Positions 9,643 through 19,538 of a stretch of DNA of 64,000 nucleotides are shown here, one piece after another. The notes under the pieces were generated by a model. It saw only the letters and a list, made by a program, of their open reading frames with translations. It was not told where the DNA came from and ran no database searches. The stretch spans positions 416,001-480,000 of the forward strand of contig CAVWVI010000003.1 in the NCBI GenBank assembly GCA_963758495.1, in the 5' to 3' direction. Positions within the stretch are counted from its first letter, which is position 1; every line of letters begins with the position of its first letter. The stretch comes from Oligoflexia bacterium (GTDB lineage Bacteria; Bdellovibrionota; UBA1018). Position numbers and translations under genes: made by a program.

Positions 9643-10071
9643 TTAAATAATTACTGCACCATCTATATTCGTGAATACATTACCAGCTAGCGAATCTCTA
9701 TCTAGTGCTGTAATCACAGTCCGATTCTTTACACTCACAATCAATGCCGTCGTTGAAGTTAAAACCAATGCCTCCTCCACGCCTTTAGCTTCGGCTTTAT
9801 CAACCGCATTATTGACTTTAGCCATGGTCATCGGGTCCAGAGCTATCTTTCGATCTCTCATCCTTTGAGCAGCATGAGAAGAGAACTTAAGAGGGGCTTT
9901 GATTTGACTTAAATCCGACTTATTCTCAGCCTCTCCCAAAGCTCTATCAAAGACTTGATCAAATTCTCCTTTTACACCCTCTTGCTTCTTCAGTTGCCTC
10001 TCAGACGGAGAAATCCCAACCTGAGAGGGTAACGAAGTTACATTCGGATACAGAAACCTTGCATCACTCAA
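9643..10071 (-). CDS. Flagellar operon protein of unknown function (TIGR02530 family)
   Basis: Between flgD and flgE; LKFSSHAAQRMRDRKI ... KNRTVITA ... NVFTNIDGAVI signature; TTG start overlapping the flgD stop. Confidence 0.9.
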   Translation of the reverse strand: MSDARFLYPNVTSLPSQVGISPSERQLKKQEGVKGEFDQVFDRALGEAENKSDLSQIKAPLKFSSHAAQRMRDRKIALDPMTMAKVNNAVDKAEAKGVEEALVLTSTTALIVSVKNRTVITALDRDSLAGNVFTNIDGAVII

Positions 10072-11171
10072 TTTATATCACCTCCTTTTGGTATCTCAAT
10101 TTTAGCTTGATCCGGATCTTGCAATCCATTTGGAAAACCTTTTTCAATTTCCGGTGGGTTATTTACAGGGATTTTAGGCATGTTATTTACTGGCATGTCA
10201 TTTTGGCCCTTATTGACAACCTTTAATTCCTCTGGTTTAAAACCATCTAGATTATTAGATCCAACTCCCCTTTGAAATCCAATAAAATTATTTTGCTTGG
10301 GCGGCTCACTTACTGCAGATTCACTATTTTTTCCGATATTAGACGGAATACTGTCCATTTCAATTCGAACAATATTTCGCATGGTAACTTTGTCTTGGTG
10401 ACGAGAATCACCCACTAAAAAGATAGGTTCTGTGCCTTCGAAACTAATACCAACAATCTTGGATAGCATTTGCGGATTAGTTTCAATAGCCTGACCACGG
10501 TCATCTTTGGCCTCTATGCGAATCATATAATTACCGGCTTTTGCGGGAAGTGAATTGCTTCTGATTCCATCCCAATTGAAATTCACATTACCGGCCTTCT
10601 CTGAACCTAGGTCTTTTTCAAATACAGATTCTCCTGCTTCATTGGCAATCTGGACATGCACGGTAGCCGCGTTTTTAGGGAGTCTAAACTCAAGCGAATC
10701 CGTTTGTCCCTCAAGATGTGGAAATCTCCCTCGATCAATCGTGACATTTTTTCCTATAAGATTAGTCATTGCCATTTGTTCGATAGGTTTATTTTGAGCT
10801 GCCATTTTATTTAAATTTTGGTTTACATTCTGTAATTGTTCAACTGATGTAAATTGTGCTATCTCAGTTGCCATTTGCTCTGCTTTGAATGGGTTAATTG
10901 GATCCTGGTTTTTCATCTGCGTAATCATTATTTTTAGAAAGTCATCCTTACCTAATGTCTTCTTTATTTCTCTAGGTTTCTCTGGTCTTTCTCCATATTT
11001 CGCTTGGATTTCGTTATAGATTTCACCATACTTTGCAGATGTTGCAGCCTGTTTAGCATCCTTATCATTTGCAAGTAATCCACCTGAAGCCGACGCTCCT
11101 CCACTATTCAATGGACTATTCACTGCTAGATCGCTTTGAGATGCCCCACCTTTTCCAATACCTTGCAACAT
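10068..11171 (-). CDS. flgD: Hook cap protein FlgD with a long low-complexity C-terminal extension
   Basis: LGKDDFLKIMITQMKNQDPINP; Ig-like FNWDG...GNYMIRIEA. Confidence 0.95.
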   Translation of the reverse strand: MLQGIGKGGASQSDLAVNSPLNSGGASASGGLLANDKDAKQAATSAKYGEIYNEIQAKYGERPEKPREIKKTLGKDDFLKIMITQMKNQDPINPFKAEQMATEIAQFTSVEQLQNVNQNLNKMAAQNKPIEQMAMTNLIGKNVTIDRGRFPHLEGQTDSLEFRLPKNAATVHVQIANEAGESVFEKDLGSEKAGNVNFNWDGIRSNSLPAKAGNYMIRIEAKDDRGQAIETNPQMLSKIVGISFEGTEPIFLVGDSRHQDKVTMRNIVRIEMDSIPSNIGKNSESAVSEPPKQNNFIGFQRGVGSNNLDGFKPEELKVVNKGQNDMPVNNMPKIPVNNPPEIEKGFPNGLQDPDQAKIEIPKGGDIN

Positions 11172-11200
11172 CTATATCCTACTTTCCTCTCACTCTTCTC

Positions 11201-11237
11201 AAAAGAGGGAGTGCTGCCATTGACAAACAACACTCCC
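11201..11237 (-). terminator. Terminator/attenuator-like hairpin between fliK and flgD
   Basis: Minus strand GGGAGUGUUG...CAGCACUCCC (10 bp, one G-U) followed by UCUUUU. Confidence 0.55.
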
Positions 11238-11257
11238 CTAATCCAGTATCCTTACAC

Positions 11258-12892
11258 TTACGCTTTCACATCAATTCGACCTTGAATCATAGATTGCCTT
11301 GAATCAGCAGCTACCCTCAAGGGCTCAATCATGGGTGTTCTAAATTGGCTTTTTCCTCCCCCATTTTGGAATGAAAGATCCGATTCAGATCCAAACCATT
11401 GTCCTGATTGTCCTTGTTGATGACTTTGATTCCCATTTTGTCCAAGGGACTCTTGAAATGCAGAATGCCCCTGTGACTGACTAAAATCTTGACTCAACTC
11501 GCCATTATTGGAACTCCCTATAGATCCAGCAACTGTTAAATCCACGCTATTCAAGCTTAGCTTTTGAGCTGAAAGACTGTCTTTGAGATGGCTGATACTT
11601 TCCTCAATGACTTTTTTAGCCTTAGCATCTGATGCTTGAATTTGAAGACTGACGAGACTACCGTCAGTAATCACGCGCACATTCAGTTCCCCTAAGTTAC
11701 CCGGCTTCAACCGAATTCGCATTTCTCCTCCTCCTTGAGAAGAGAGATTACGAATTCCTGTACTGATATTCATCAGTGAGTCTGTTGCTAGCCGACTCTT
11801 AGACATCGCTCCAGGGATGACTTGACCTGAAATCTCTAAAGCTGGTTTAGCTGTAGAAGAATTCAGCGCATTTAACTGTACGGAAGCAAAATGCGATTGA
11901 TCCGGTTTTGAAGTAATTTGTAATTCCTCTCCGAATGGTAATTTCTTACCTTTCGACCGAGTATTACCCATTTCTCCAATCCACTCCTGCTTACCTTCCG
12001 ACTGAGGATTTTCTGAATCCGATTTATTCAAAGTATTTACACCACTTCGAACTAAATTCAATGTATTCAAAAATTCACCACCGGATAAGTTCGCAGACAA
12101 GTGCGAATCTATTGACTTCTGTGATCCTTTTAGATTCGCCTCAGGTAGCCGCTGAATTACGGCCGCTTCTCCAATTATCGAACCAGATTGTAAATATTGC
12201 CCTGGCGTACTCTCAATCGACTGAACACCTGGGAAACGCTGATCTTGCGATAATTGAAGTAATTTCTGCCCGTGACCTCGTTCAACTGACTCTAATTGCC
12301 CCGGATTCAATTGATCTGTTTGATTGAATTCTTCAACCCAACTTCCCTGCTCCGCCTCACCCCCCAAATCTCGCGGATTTATCCCTCTAAGCTTCGATAA
12401 GTGATTACCCATCAAAGCAGAAGGAGTCTGCGATGCCTTGGATATAAGGTTCGAAACACTTCCTTTATCCAATGGCTTGAGTCCAGCAAATGCGGTAACA
12501 GATTGATCCGGATTAAAATCAACTTTAGATTGACCTTCGGCTTTATCCGTTTGTTTTAATCCGACCTCACCCTGCTTCAAAGTGTCTAAGTTTTTCAACT
12601 TCTCACTTAAAACAGGATTCTCTCTCATAAAGGCATCCTTACCTTTTTGAGCCTTGTCTCCCTCAATTACCTTATCTCCTTTGATCTGTTCGGGTTGTAC
12701 TACTTGCCCTAACTGACCAGGAAAATTCTGAGTTCCAAGTATTTGAGTTGCTGCATTCAGTTGAGTCAATTCCGATTGAAAATCGGAATCAGAATCAGTC
12801 CGCTTTTTCGAATTTTTCTGCAACTGAACCAGCTTGTCATCCCGAAGACGGTTGCGGTCCACTGACATTACGTTGTTCGTGACTTCGTTCAT
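11258..12892 (-). CDS. fliK: Hook-length control protein FliK
   Basis: Q/S/G-rich disordered N-terminal part; C-terminal T3S4 domain MRIRLKPGNLGELNVRV; SD AAGGAGG before ATG 12892. Confidence 0.92.
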   Translation of the reverse strand: MNEVTNNVMSVDRNRLRDDKLVQLQKNSKKRTDSDSDFQSELTQLNAATQILGTQNFPGQLGQVVQPEQIKGDKVIEGDKAQKGKDAFMRENPVLSEKLKNLDTLKQGEVGLKQTDKAEGQSKVDFNPDQSVTAFAGLKPLDKGSVSNLISKASQTPSALMGNHLSKLRGINPRDLGGEAEQGSWVEEFNQTDQLNPGQLESVERGHGQKLLQLSQDQRFPGVQSIESTPGQYLQSGSIIGEAAVIQRLPEANLKGSQKSIDSHLSANLSGGEFLNTLNLVRSGVNTLNKSDSENPQSEGKQEWIGEMGNTRSKGKKLPFGEELQITSKPDQSHFASVQLNALNSSTAKPALEISGQVIPGAMSKSRLATDSLMNISTGIRNLSSQGGGEMRIRLKPGNLGELNVRVITDGSLVSLQIQASDAKAKKVIEESISHLKDSLSAQKLSLNSVDLTVAGSIGSSNNGELSQDFSQSQGHSAFQESLGQNGNQSHQQGQSGQWFGSESDLSFQNGGGKSQFRTPMIEPLRVAADSRQSMIQGRIDVKA

Positions 12893-13508
12893 TTTTATCA
12901 CCTCCTTTCGTTATTGAATTTTCATACCCATCCATGTCACGCGACATGGTCGCCTTTCTCTCAGATGAGAGAGATCTTTTGGCATGAACTACCCCTGCCA
13001 TAAGCTCTGAAAGTTTTGTCGATCGTACTGAGTCCATTAAATTCATGATCTTGGCTAAACGCGCGGTATCCATTTGAGACAATGTAGCAACTGCCAAATC
13101 ATCATCCAGCGTGCTCAGCACTTTAGCTGCAGCTTTTGGACTCATTGTAAGAAAAGTCTCTACTAACTTTAAGATTTTCTCTTCGTTTTCTTTAGTTTTA
13201 GCTTCATATGATTTGGCAATATCTTCACGAAGCACTTTTAATTTTTTAAACTCCTCAGCTAAAGCATCCTCTCTTGCCTTTAGTTCGGATGCCTTTGTCA
13301 CTAACTCTTTCCGCTTGACCTCATTTGAGTCTCGAACTTTTGAAAGATCTTCAAGAATCGCCTGATCCACCATACATCCACTATTTTTTACCGTGCTTTT
13401 TATTGGCGCATTAGATTCATCCTCCCCTGCAAGTACGGTAAGAATGCGAGTGCCTAATATTCCTAAAAATACTGATAACAATATTTTTTCCATCAACTGT
13501 CGTTTCAC
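12837..13508 (-). CDS. MotE/FlbB/YlxF-like flagellar protein (TM, coiled coil, MgtE_N-like helices)
   Basis: MSPKAAAKVLSTLDDDLAVATLSQMDTARLAKIMNLMD; position between fliJ and fliK. Confidence 0.8.
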   Translation of the reverse strand: MKRQLMEKILLSVFLGILGTRILTVLAGEDESNAPIKSTVKNSGCMVDQAILEDLSKVRDSNEVKRKELVTKASELKAREDALAEEFKKLKVLREDIAKSYEAKTKENEEKILKLVETFLTMSPKAAAKVLSTLDDDLAVATLSQMDTARLAKIMNLMDSVRSTKLSELMAGVVHAKRSLSSERKATMSRDMDGYENSITKGGDKNERSHEQRNVSGPQPSSG

Positions 13509-13957
13509 AAGATTTCCTCTTTTAACCTATGGCGCATAATCATAAGATCATCGAGTTCATTGTTTTCTTGCTTAATCAGTTGCTTTTTATAATCTTGATA
13601 CGCATGATCATAAATAATTTCAATCATTCGAGTCTGTCTTTTTGCAAACAAATACGCTTTCAGTGCCTTTTCTACGCTACGATTTGCCCTAAGGATGGCG
13701 TGATCAGCTTGAAGTATCCACTGCTTAGTACCACTAATATAGTCTTGTTCTGCAAGAAATGCTGATATCTTCACTGGAGCATTTGCTAACTGTTCACGTC
13801 TTTCAAGAGCACTTCGATACTCCGTAACAAGATATTCTTTACGCTTGAGTTCGGCTTGATAAATTTCTTGCTTGCTCGCAAGATTCCGCAGCGATTCATT
13901 TTCTTTGTTCTTTCTCGCATCAAGTACAGTAGCAAGTTTAAATTTAAACTTCTTCAT
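13505..13957 (-). CDS. fliJ: Flagellar export protein FliJ
   Basis: MKKFKFKLATVLDAR...ENNELDD; helical, 150 aa, follows fliI. Confidence 0.93.
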   Translation of the reverse strand: MKKFKFKLATVLDARKNKENESLRNLASKQEIYQAELKRKEYLVTEYRSALERREQLANAPVKISAFLAEQDYISGTKQWILQADHAILRANRSVEKALKAYLFAKRQTRMIEIIYDHAYQDYKKQLIKQENNELDDLMIMRHRLKEEIL

Positions 13958-14032
13958 TCTTTTTATATTTTCTAACTATTAATTTAAAATTAAAAGACTG
14001 AATGTTTTTCCCGCTAGGGGCAAATTATGCCG

Positions 14033-14049
14033 TAAGTAGTTCCTTTAGG
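14033..14049. repeat. 17-bp intergenic element, copy 1 (identical copy at 45894-45910)
   Basis: TAAGTAGTTCCTTTAGG. Confidence 0.5.
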
Positions 14050-14064
14050 GCTGTAACCGCTCCC

Positions 14065-15489
14065 CTAAAACCTAACTTTTTGGGATGCTTGTGCTTGATT
14101 TATCGAAGCACCGGAAAGTTGCGGGTGAGTCGCAAGGATGGCTTCACCATGACGAACAATGGAGTGCATCGCTTCTAAAGTAACAGCCATATTTGACTGT
14201 TCATTGAATCCTTGCCTTAAGAAGGCTGTAATTCTATCATTTACTCCTACGGCCTGATCTATTTTTGGATTACTTCCACGTACATATGCCCCTATATTGA
14301 TTAAATCTTCTACTTGATTATAAATTGCGATCCACTCTCGAATCTGACTTGCCCAAGCTTGATGTTCGGGCGTAATAACGGCACGCATCACGCGACTTGT
14401 ACTTTGTAATATATCGATTGCAGGAAAATGATTCTTCTGGGCAATTTTTCGACTCAGAACAATATGACCATCGAGAACGGAGCGAGTAGCATCCGCGATA
14501 GGATCATCTAAATCATCCCCTTCAACAAGAACAGAATATAATCCAGTAATGCTGCCACGAGCAGGCGACATTCCGGCACGTTCCAATAGTTTTGGGATCA
14601 TTGAAAATACACTCGGCGTATACCCTTTAGATGCAGGAGGCTCTCCCATTGAAAGGCCTATTTCTCTTTGAGCCATGCAAAATCGCGTAACGGAATCCAT
14701 CAGTAAAAGAACATCTTTTCCCTTATCTCGAAAATACTCTGCAATTGTCGTCGCAAGAAATGCACCCCGCATTCTCAATAGAGGAGACTTATCTGAAGTA
14801 GAAACAACTACTATAGATTTTTTCATCCCTTCTGGGCCTAATTCATTTTCAATAAATTCACGAACCTCACGGCCCCGTTCGCCTATTAAAGCAATGACAT
14901 TAATATCGGCCGAGGTATGTTTGGCCATCATCCCCAAAAGCACTGACTTTCCTACACCAGAACCAGCTAAAATACCTAAACGTTGTCCTTTACCACAAGT
15001 TAAAAAACCATTAATAGCTCGAACCCCCAGATCAAGAGGCTTCTCAATCATTTGGCGGTCTAGAGGATGAGCCGGTTTATAATAAAGGCTTCGCTCTTCA
15101 AAATTATAATGATCAAGCTCCTTGAATCCGAATCCATCCAAAGGAACTCCTCGAGCATCAATGACTCTTCCAAGTAACCAAGTTCCTACTCCTACCATAG
15201 CTGATTTTCGTTTCAAAATAACCAAACTATCTTTATTAATTCCAGGTACCTCCTCATACGGCATGAGAAGCACACGCTCCTCTTTAAAGCCGACCACTTC
15301 TGCTTCTACTCCCTGGCCACTGGATGAATCACCCGAGGTTAATATCCTACAAATGCTACCAATGCCTGCACCCGGTAAGTGAGCTTCAAAAATAAGTCCC
15401 ATTGATTTGGTAATTTTTCCAGCTTCAGTATATCTGAGTGATTGAGCTAACCGCTCCCCATAGAGCATCTCATCTATTTTCCAATTCAA
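14065..15489 (-). CDS. fliI: Flagellar export ATPase FliI
   Basis: Walker A GSGVGKS; IGERGREV; LLMDSVTRF; DGHIVLSR. Confidence 0.97.
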   Translation of the reverse strand: MNWKIDEMLYGERLAQSLRYTEAGKITKSMGLIFEAHLPGAGIGSICRILTSGDSSSGQGVEAEVVGFKEERVLLMPYEEVPGINKDSLVILKRKSAMVGVGTWLLGRVIDARGVPLDGFGFKELDHYNFEERSLYYKPAHPLDRQMIEKPLDLGVRAINGFLTCGKGQRLGILAGSGVGKSVLLGMMAKHTSADINVIALIGERGREVREFIENELGPEGMKKSIVVVSTSDKSPLLRMRGAFLATTIAEYFRDKGKDVLLLMDSVTRFCMAQREIGLSMGEPPASKGYTPSVFSMIPKLLERAGMSPARGSITGLYSVLVEGDDLDDPIADATRSVLDGHIVLSRKIAQKNHFPAIDILQSTSRVMRAVITPEHQAWASQIREWIAIYNQVEDLINIGAYVRGSNPKIDQAVGVNDRITAFLRQGFNEQSNMAVTLEAMHSIVRHGEAILATHPQLSGASINQAQASQKVRF

Positions 15490-16340
15490 GATTCACCTAA
15501 AGTTTTCGTCCCGACTAAGGCATCATAAATTGCCTCAATCTGAGTATCTATGCTCGCATCAATTACATTCCAATGAGTTTCAACTTTGCATCCTCCTCTT
15601 CTTACTTGAGGGGATGGTACGATTTTTAAATTAGTTAAATTGTCGTAAGCTTTTGATAAACCCTCTTTTAATAACTCTATAGTATGGATATCGTCTGGAT
15701 GAATCAATAGGGTTACATGATCCCGAACTCCAATTTTTCCAATAAGTTCTGTCGCTAATCGAAGCACATATCCACTATCTGTGGATAACTCTTTGAGAGT
15801 AATCGTGCGCCCAATTTTGAAAATAATCTCCATCAAAAATCGTTCATTCGCTCTAAATATTTCTAATTTCGCAGATTCTGCCTCAGCGACCATACGATTA
15901 AATTGCTCTAAATTTGCAGTAGCCTCCTTATTAAACTTATCAAATGCCTCCTGATATCCTTTTTTCAATCCCTCTTGATATCCAAGCAAATCCGCTTCTG
16001 ACTTTACTTCTTGAGCAATTTCCTCTACCCTCGCACGAACTCTTTCATCCATAGCTCGCATTTCTTCAGCTTCAATCGACAAGGGGTCACGAAGAAGTGG
16101 ATTTAAACTAAAACGACGATCTTTTTGTGGTCGATTTCGTCTTTCATGATCAGTAGAAGCTAACGGTCCATATTTTTCTTTAACAGTTTTATACTCTTTT
16201 TCATTACTTTTATTGAAGGCATTCAACTCAAATTCCTTAATGACTGGCTTTTGAATATTTTCGAAATTAACAACCTTGTAGTCTGAGTTTTCAGAAGCTT
16301 CATGAATAATTTTGAATTTTCCTAATTTAAATTCAGACAT
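15486..16340 (-). CDS. fliH: Flagellar assembly protein FliH
   Basis: GxxxG repeats GYQEGLKKGYQEA; IHPDD; GGCKVET...IDAS. Confidence 0.92.
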   Translation of the reverse strand: MSEFKLGKFKIIHEASENSDYKVVNFENIQKPVIKEFELNAFNKSNEKEYKTVKEKYGPLASTDHERRNRPQKDRRFSLNPLLRDPLSIEAEEMRAMDERVRARVEEIAQEVKSEADLLGYQEGLKKGYQEAFDKFNKEATANLEQFNRMVAEAESAKLEIFRANERFLMEIIFKIGRTITLKELSTDSGYVLRLATELIGKIGVRDHVTLLIHPDDIHTIELLKEGLSKAYDNLTNLKIVPSPQVRRGGCKVETHWNVIDASIDTQIEAIYDALVGTKTLGES

Positions 16341-16368
16341 AGTTTAACTTGCCTTACTCCAAATTATT

Positions 16369-17382
16369 CTAAACCAAGGCATCCGCATCTCCCCCTCGAT
16401 TAATAATAATCTTACCTTCCGCTTCAAGTCGTTTTGCGACATTAACAATTTCTTGCTGTGCAGTTTCAACATCTGAAAGTCGAACTGGTCCCATTGCTTC
16501 CAGATCCTCTTTCAAGAGCTCAGCCGCTCTTTTAGAGATATTCTTAAATATTTTATCACGAATTTCCTCTGGAGCTGTCTTTAATGCTACTACTAGTTTA
16601 TCATTAGATACGTCTTTAAGTAGCAATTGCATTCCGCGGTCATCAATAAAACTGATGTCCTCGAACACGAACATAAGTTTTCTAATTTCCTCTGCCAATT
16701 GAGGATCTTTCTCTTCGACCCTTGCCATAATATTTTGCTCGCTGGACTTGTCCATAATATTGAGCATTTCCGCGATGGGCTGTACGCCTCCCAATTGCTG
16801 AGTGTCTATCGAACCCAAAGTAGCAAGCTCCTGCTTGAGTACCTCGTCTACTTGTGCAATCAGATTAGGAGAAATAAAGTCAAGATTTGCGATACGTAAA
16901 ACGACTTCTGTTTGAATCGATTCCGGCAACCGTTTTAATACTTCGCACTTTTTAGACGGCTCAAGGTGAGCTAATATGAGCGCTACCGTTTGAGGGTGTT
17001 CGTTTACCAAGAAATTAGCAAGAGTTCGTGGGTCTACAAGTTCTAGAGCCTCTAAAGTTCGACTTCCTTCCAAAACAGAGAGCTGCCCAAGAACCGTTTT
17101 CGCTCTTTCTTCTCCTAATGTCGAAAGAACGAAATCCCTTCCCTGTGCATGTCCAAAAATCAAATTATCTTCTTCAGCTATTTCAGTATAAAATGCTTCA
17201 AGTACCAACTTGACTGAAGGAATTGGAATTTTTGTAACTTGACCCATTGCACTCACAAGTCTCTTAACATCGTTATCTTTCATTTTTTGAAATATTTGCG
17301 AAGTAACTTGATTTCCAAGCACGTTTAAAAGAAGGGCTGATTTTTCAAGTCCGTTCATTTCCTCGAAACTATCAAATGACAT
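16369..17382 (-). CDS. fliG: Flagellar rotor protein FliG
   Basis: EHPQ, GG hinge, MFVFED, MGPVRLSDVE. Confidence 0.98.
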   Translation of the reverse strand: MSFDSFEEMNGLEKSALLLNVLGNQVTSQIFQKMKDNDVKRLVSAMGQVTKIPIPSVKLVLEAFYTEIAEEDNLIFGHAQGRDFVLSTLGEERAKTVLGQLSVLEGSRTLEALELVDPRTLANFLVNEHPQTVALILAHLEPSKKCEVLKRLPESIQTEVVLRIANLDFISPNLIAQVDEVLKQELATLGSIDTQQLGGVQPIAEMLNIMDKSSEQNIMARVEEKDPQLAEEIRKLMFVFEDISFIDDRGMQLLLKDVSNDKLVVALKTAPEEIRDKIFKNISKRAAELLKEDLEAMGPVRLSDVETAQQEIVNVAKRLEAEGKIIINRGGDADALV

Positions 17383-17415
17383 TTTAACGCCTGTCCTCTC
17401 AGATTTTAGATTATC

Positions 17416-19113
17416 CTACGCTGTCGCGGCTTTATCGCGACCCTTCGCCGCCTCTTCTTGATTTCGTTTTTTCGTCTCTCCATGTAACCAGTCCTTCAAA
17501 ATAAGGGCTGCCTTATGGGGGTTTGCGTCCACTAAAGTAATGATTTTTTCTTTAATCATTTCTCCTTCAACTTTAACTGGATCCATACTTTCAGGAAGCA
17601 CGGGTATCACATCATCTAAATTTGGAATGTTAGTATTCTTTTGAATGGTTTCTAACTCCTCGATGGTTTGAGGTAGGAAAGTATCAACACTATCGGTTGT
17701 ATTTTCCGTTATCCACTTCATGAACGGCCTCACGACAAGGAAGAAAAAGAGCATAATTGCCAAGCCAATTACGCCGTACACCACCAAGTTTTGAATATAA
17801 CTATTACGATCATGGTCCGCAATCACCCGTTGCGCTTCATCAAAGTCTTCACGTGTGAATTCCATATTCTTTATTTCAATAGAATCTCCACGTTTTTTAT
17901 CTAATCCTACTGCTTCAGAAGCTATTACTAAAAATTCCTGTAATCTTTCCGGCGGCCAACTCTCTACTTTTGTAGTCACTTGGCCGTCTTTACTCACAGT
18001 CTTATTCGTCTTTCCATCTATAACAATTGCCACGGAAAGTCGCTTAATTGAACCTAAAGCCCTCGTCATCTTCCGAACTGTTTGTGGAACCTCATAGTTT
18101 GTAACTTCGTTATTTTTAGAAGTCTCTGTTTTGACTTCCCCGTTAGCAGCCGGTGGTTGTCCTGGAGTATTCGAAGTATTCCCAGATACTCCATAGGGTC
18201 CAGGACGAGTGCCATTCATCGAATCATTATGCTTTTCTACAGATCGAATAGCAGTACCATCGGAATCGTAGACTGTCTGAGTCTCATTGATTTGGGAAAA
18301 GTCCAGTTCAGCAGAAACTTTCGCTACTACATGCCCGTCTCCCACAATATGGGAGAGCATATTTTCAATTCTCTTTTCTAAATCCGATTCTACCTTTTCT
18401 TGAAAATCAAGCTGTCCCGCGGTCGCCGCAGAAAGTGGATCAGTAGGATTTTTAGAAAGAGTTTTACCATTGGAGTCCATGATGACAACGTCTGTGACCT
18501 CAAGACCCTCGACTGCCCTTGCTACCAAATTACCAATTCCAAAAACCTGCTTATCCGAAAGAGAGATACCTGGATCGAGATCGATTACTACTGAAGCAGT
18601 AGATTTTTTCTGATCTTCAACAAATGTTGTTTTTTGAGGAAGAGCCAGATGAACTCTGGAGCGCTTTACTCCTTTAATAGTATTTATAGTTCTTATTAAC
18701 TCGCCCTCTAGGGCTCGCTTCTGATTTAATTTTTGAACAAAGCTCGTCGTACCTAAAGATTGCTTATCAAAGAGTTCGTAACCGATTACCCCCGACTGCG
18801 GTAGCCCCATAGTGGATAACTCTAGTCTTAAGTCGTAAAGGTTTTCTTGGGGGATAGAGATGTTTTTACCGGTTACATCAATTTTAAATGGAATATGTTT
18901 TTCTCTTAAAAGACGAATAATATTACTGGAATCCTCTCCACTTAAATTAGACATCAAAATAACATAACTTGTATTTCCCGCCCAAAAAAACAAGGCTACC
19001 AAGCCTAAAATGATTGTTGAACTGACCAATACTAATGCTATTTTTTTCCCAACACTAAGAGAATTAAGGAATTCAACTATTTGCGCATATACTTTATTTA
19101 CGTAATTTCCCAC
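17416..19113 (-). CDS. fliF: MS-ring protein FliF
   Basis: Two TM helices; GYELFD, RALEGEL, RVHLALP, ASV. Confidence 0.97.
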   Translation of the reverse strand: MGNYVNKVYAQIVEFLNSLSVGKKIALVLVSSTIILGLVALFFWAGNTSYVILMSNLSGEDSSNIIRLLREKHIPFKIDVTGKNISIPQENLYDLRLELSTMGLPQSGVIGYELFDKQSLGTTSFVQKLNQKRALEGELIRTINTIKGVKRSRVHLALPQKTTFVEDQKKSTASVVIDLDPGISLSDKQVFGIGNLVARAVEGLEVTDVVIMDSNGKTLSKNPTDPLSAATAGQLDFQEKVESDLEKRIENMLSHIVGDGHVVAKVSAELDFSQINETQTVYDSDGTAIRSVEKHNDSMNGTRPGPYGVSGNTSNTPGQPPAANGEVKTETSKNNEVTNYEVPQTVRKMTRALGSIKRLSVAIVIDGKTNKTVSKDGQVTTKVESWPPERLQEFLVIASEAVGLDKKRGDSIEIKNMEFTREDFDEAQRVIADHDRNSYIQNLVVYGVIGLAIMLFFFLVVRPFMKWITENTTDSVDTFLPQTIEELETIQKNTNIPNLDDVIPVLPESMDPVKVEGEMIKEKIITLVDANPHKAALILKDWLHGETKKRNQEEAAKGRDKAATA

Positions 19114-19148
19114 TATGTCACCAAATCTCTAATTTACATTTTTAATAA

Positions 19149-19526
19149 CTAGATCTGCATACGCATTATTTCTTTGTATGCATCTAAAATTTTATTTCTT
19201 ACTTGCATCATTAGTTTTAACGAGGTATCAGCTCGCTCTATTGTGAGCATAGTTTCATGAATGTTTTTATTCCTTCCCGCGACGAGTTCAGAAACAGCTG
19301 TATCTGCCTGCTTCTGGTATAAATTCGCTTTATCAACAGAGTCTCGTAAAATGTCAGAAAAATTTTTACCTGCCTCGGCCGCGCCTGCCGAAGACATACC
19401 CTGATTTTGCATCTCACTCATGACTCGATTTTCAGCCGGAACGGCTTCCATCGATCCACTCAAAAGTTGCTCGACGTTTCCTGATTGAACAATTTTATTT
19501 AAATTAGATACAGTTAAATCAGTCAT
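19149..19526 (-). CDS. fliE: Hook-basal body protein FliE
   Basis: QVRNKILDAYKEIMRMQI C-terminus. Confidence 0.97.
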   Translation of the reverse strand: MTDLTVSNLNKIVQSGNVEQLLSGSMEAVPAENRVMSEMQNQGMSSAGAAEAGKNFSDILRDSVDKANLYQKQADTAVSELVAGRNKNIHETMLTIERADTSLKLMMQVRNKILDAYKEIMRMQI

Positions 19527-19538
19527 TTATCTTCCTAA

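Noticed and set aside
14018..14033. GGCATAATTTGC as a sigma54 promoter for fliJ
   Set aside because: GG-to-GC spacing is 8, not the required 10; retained only as a possible activator box.
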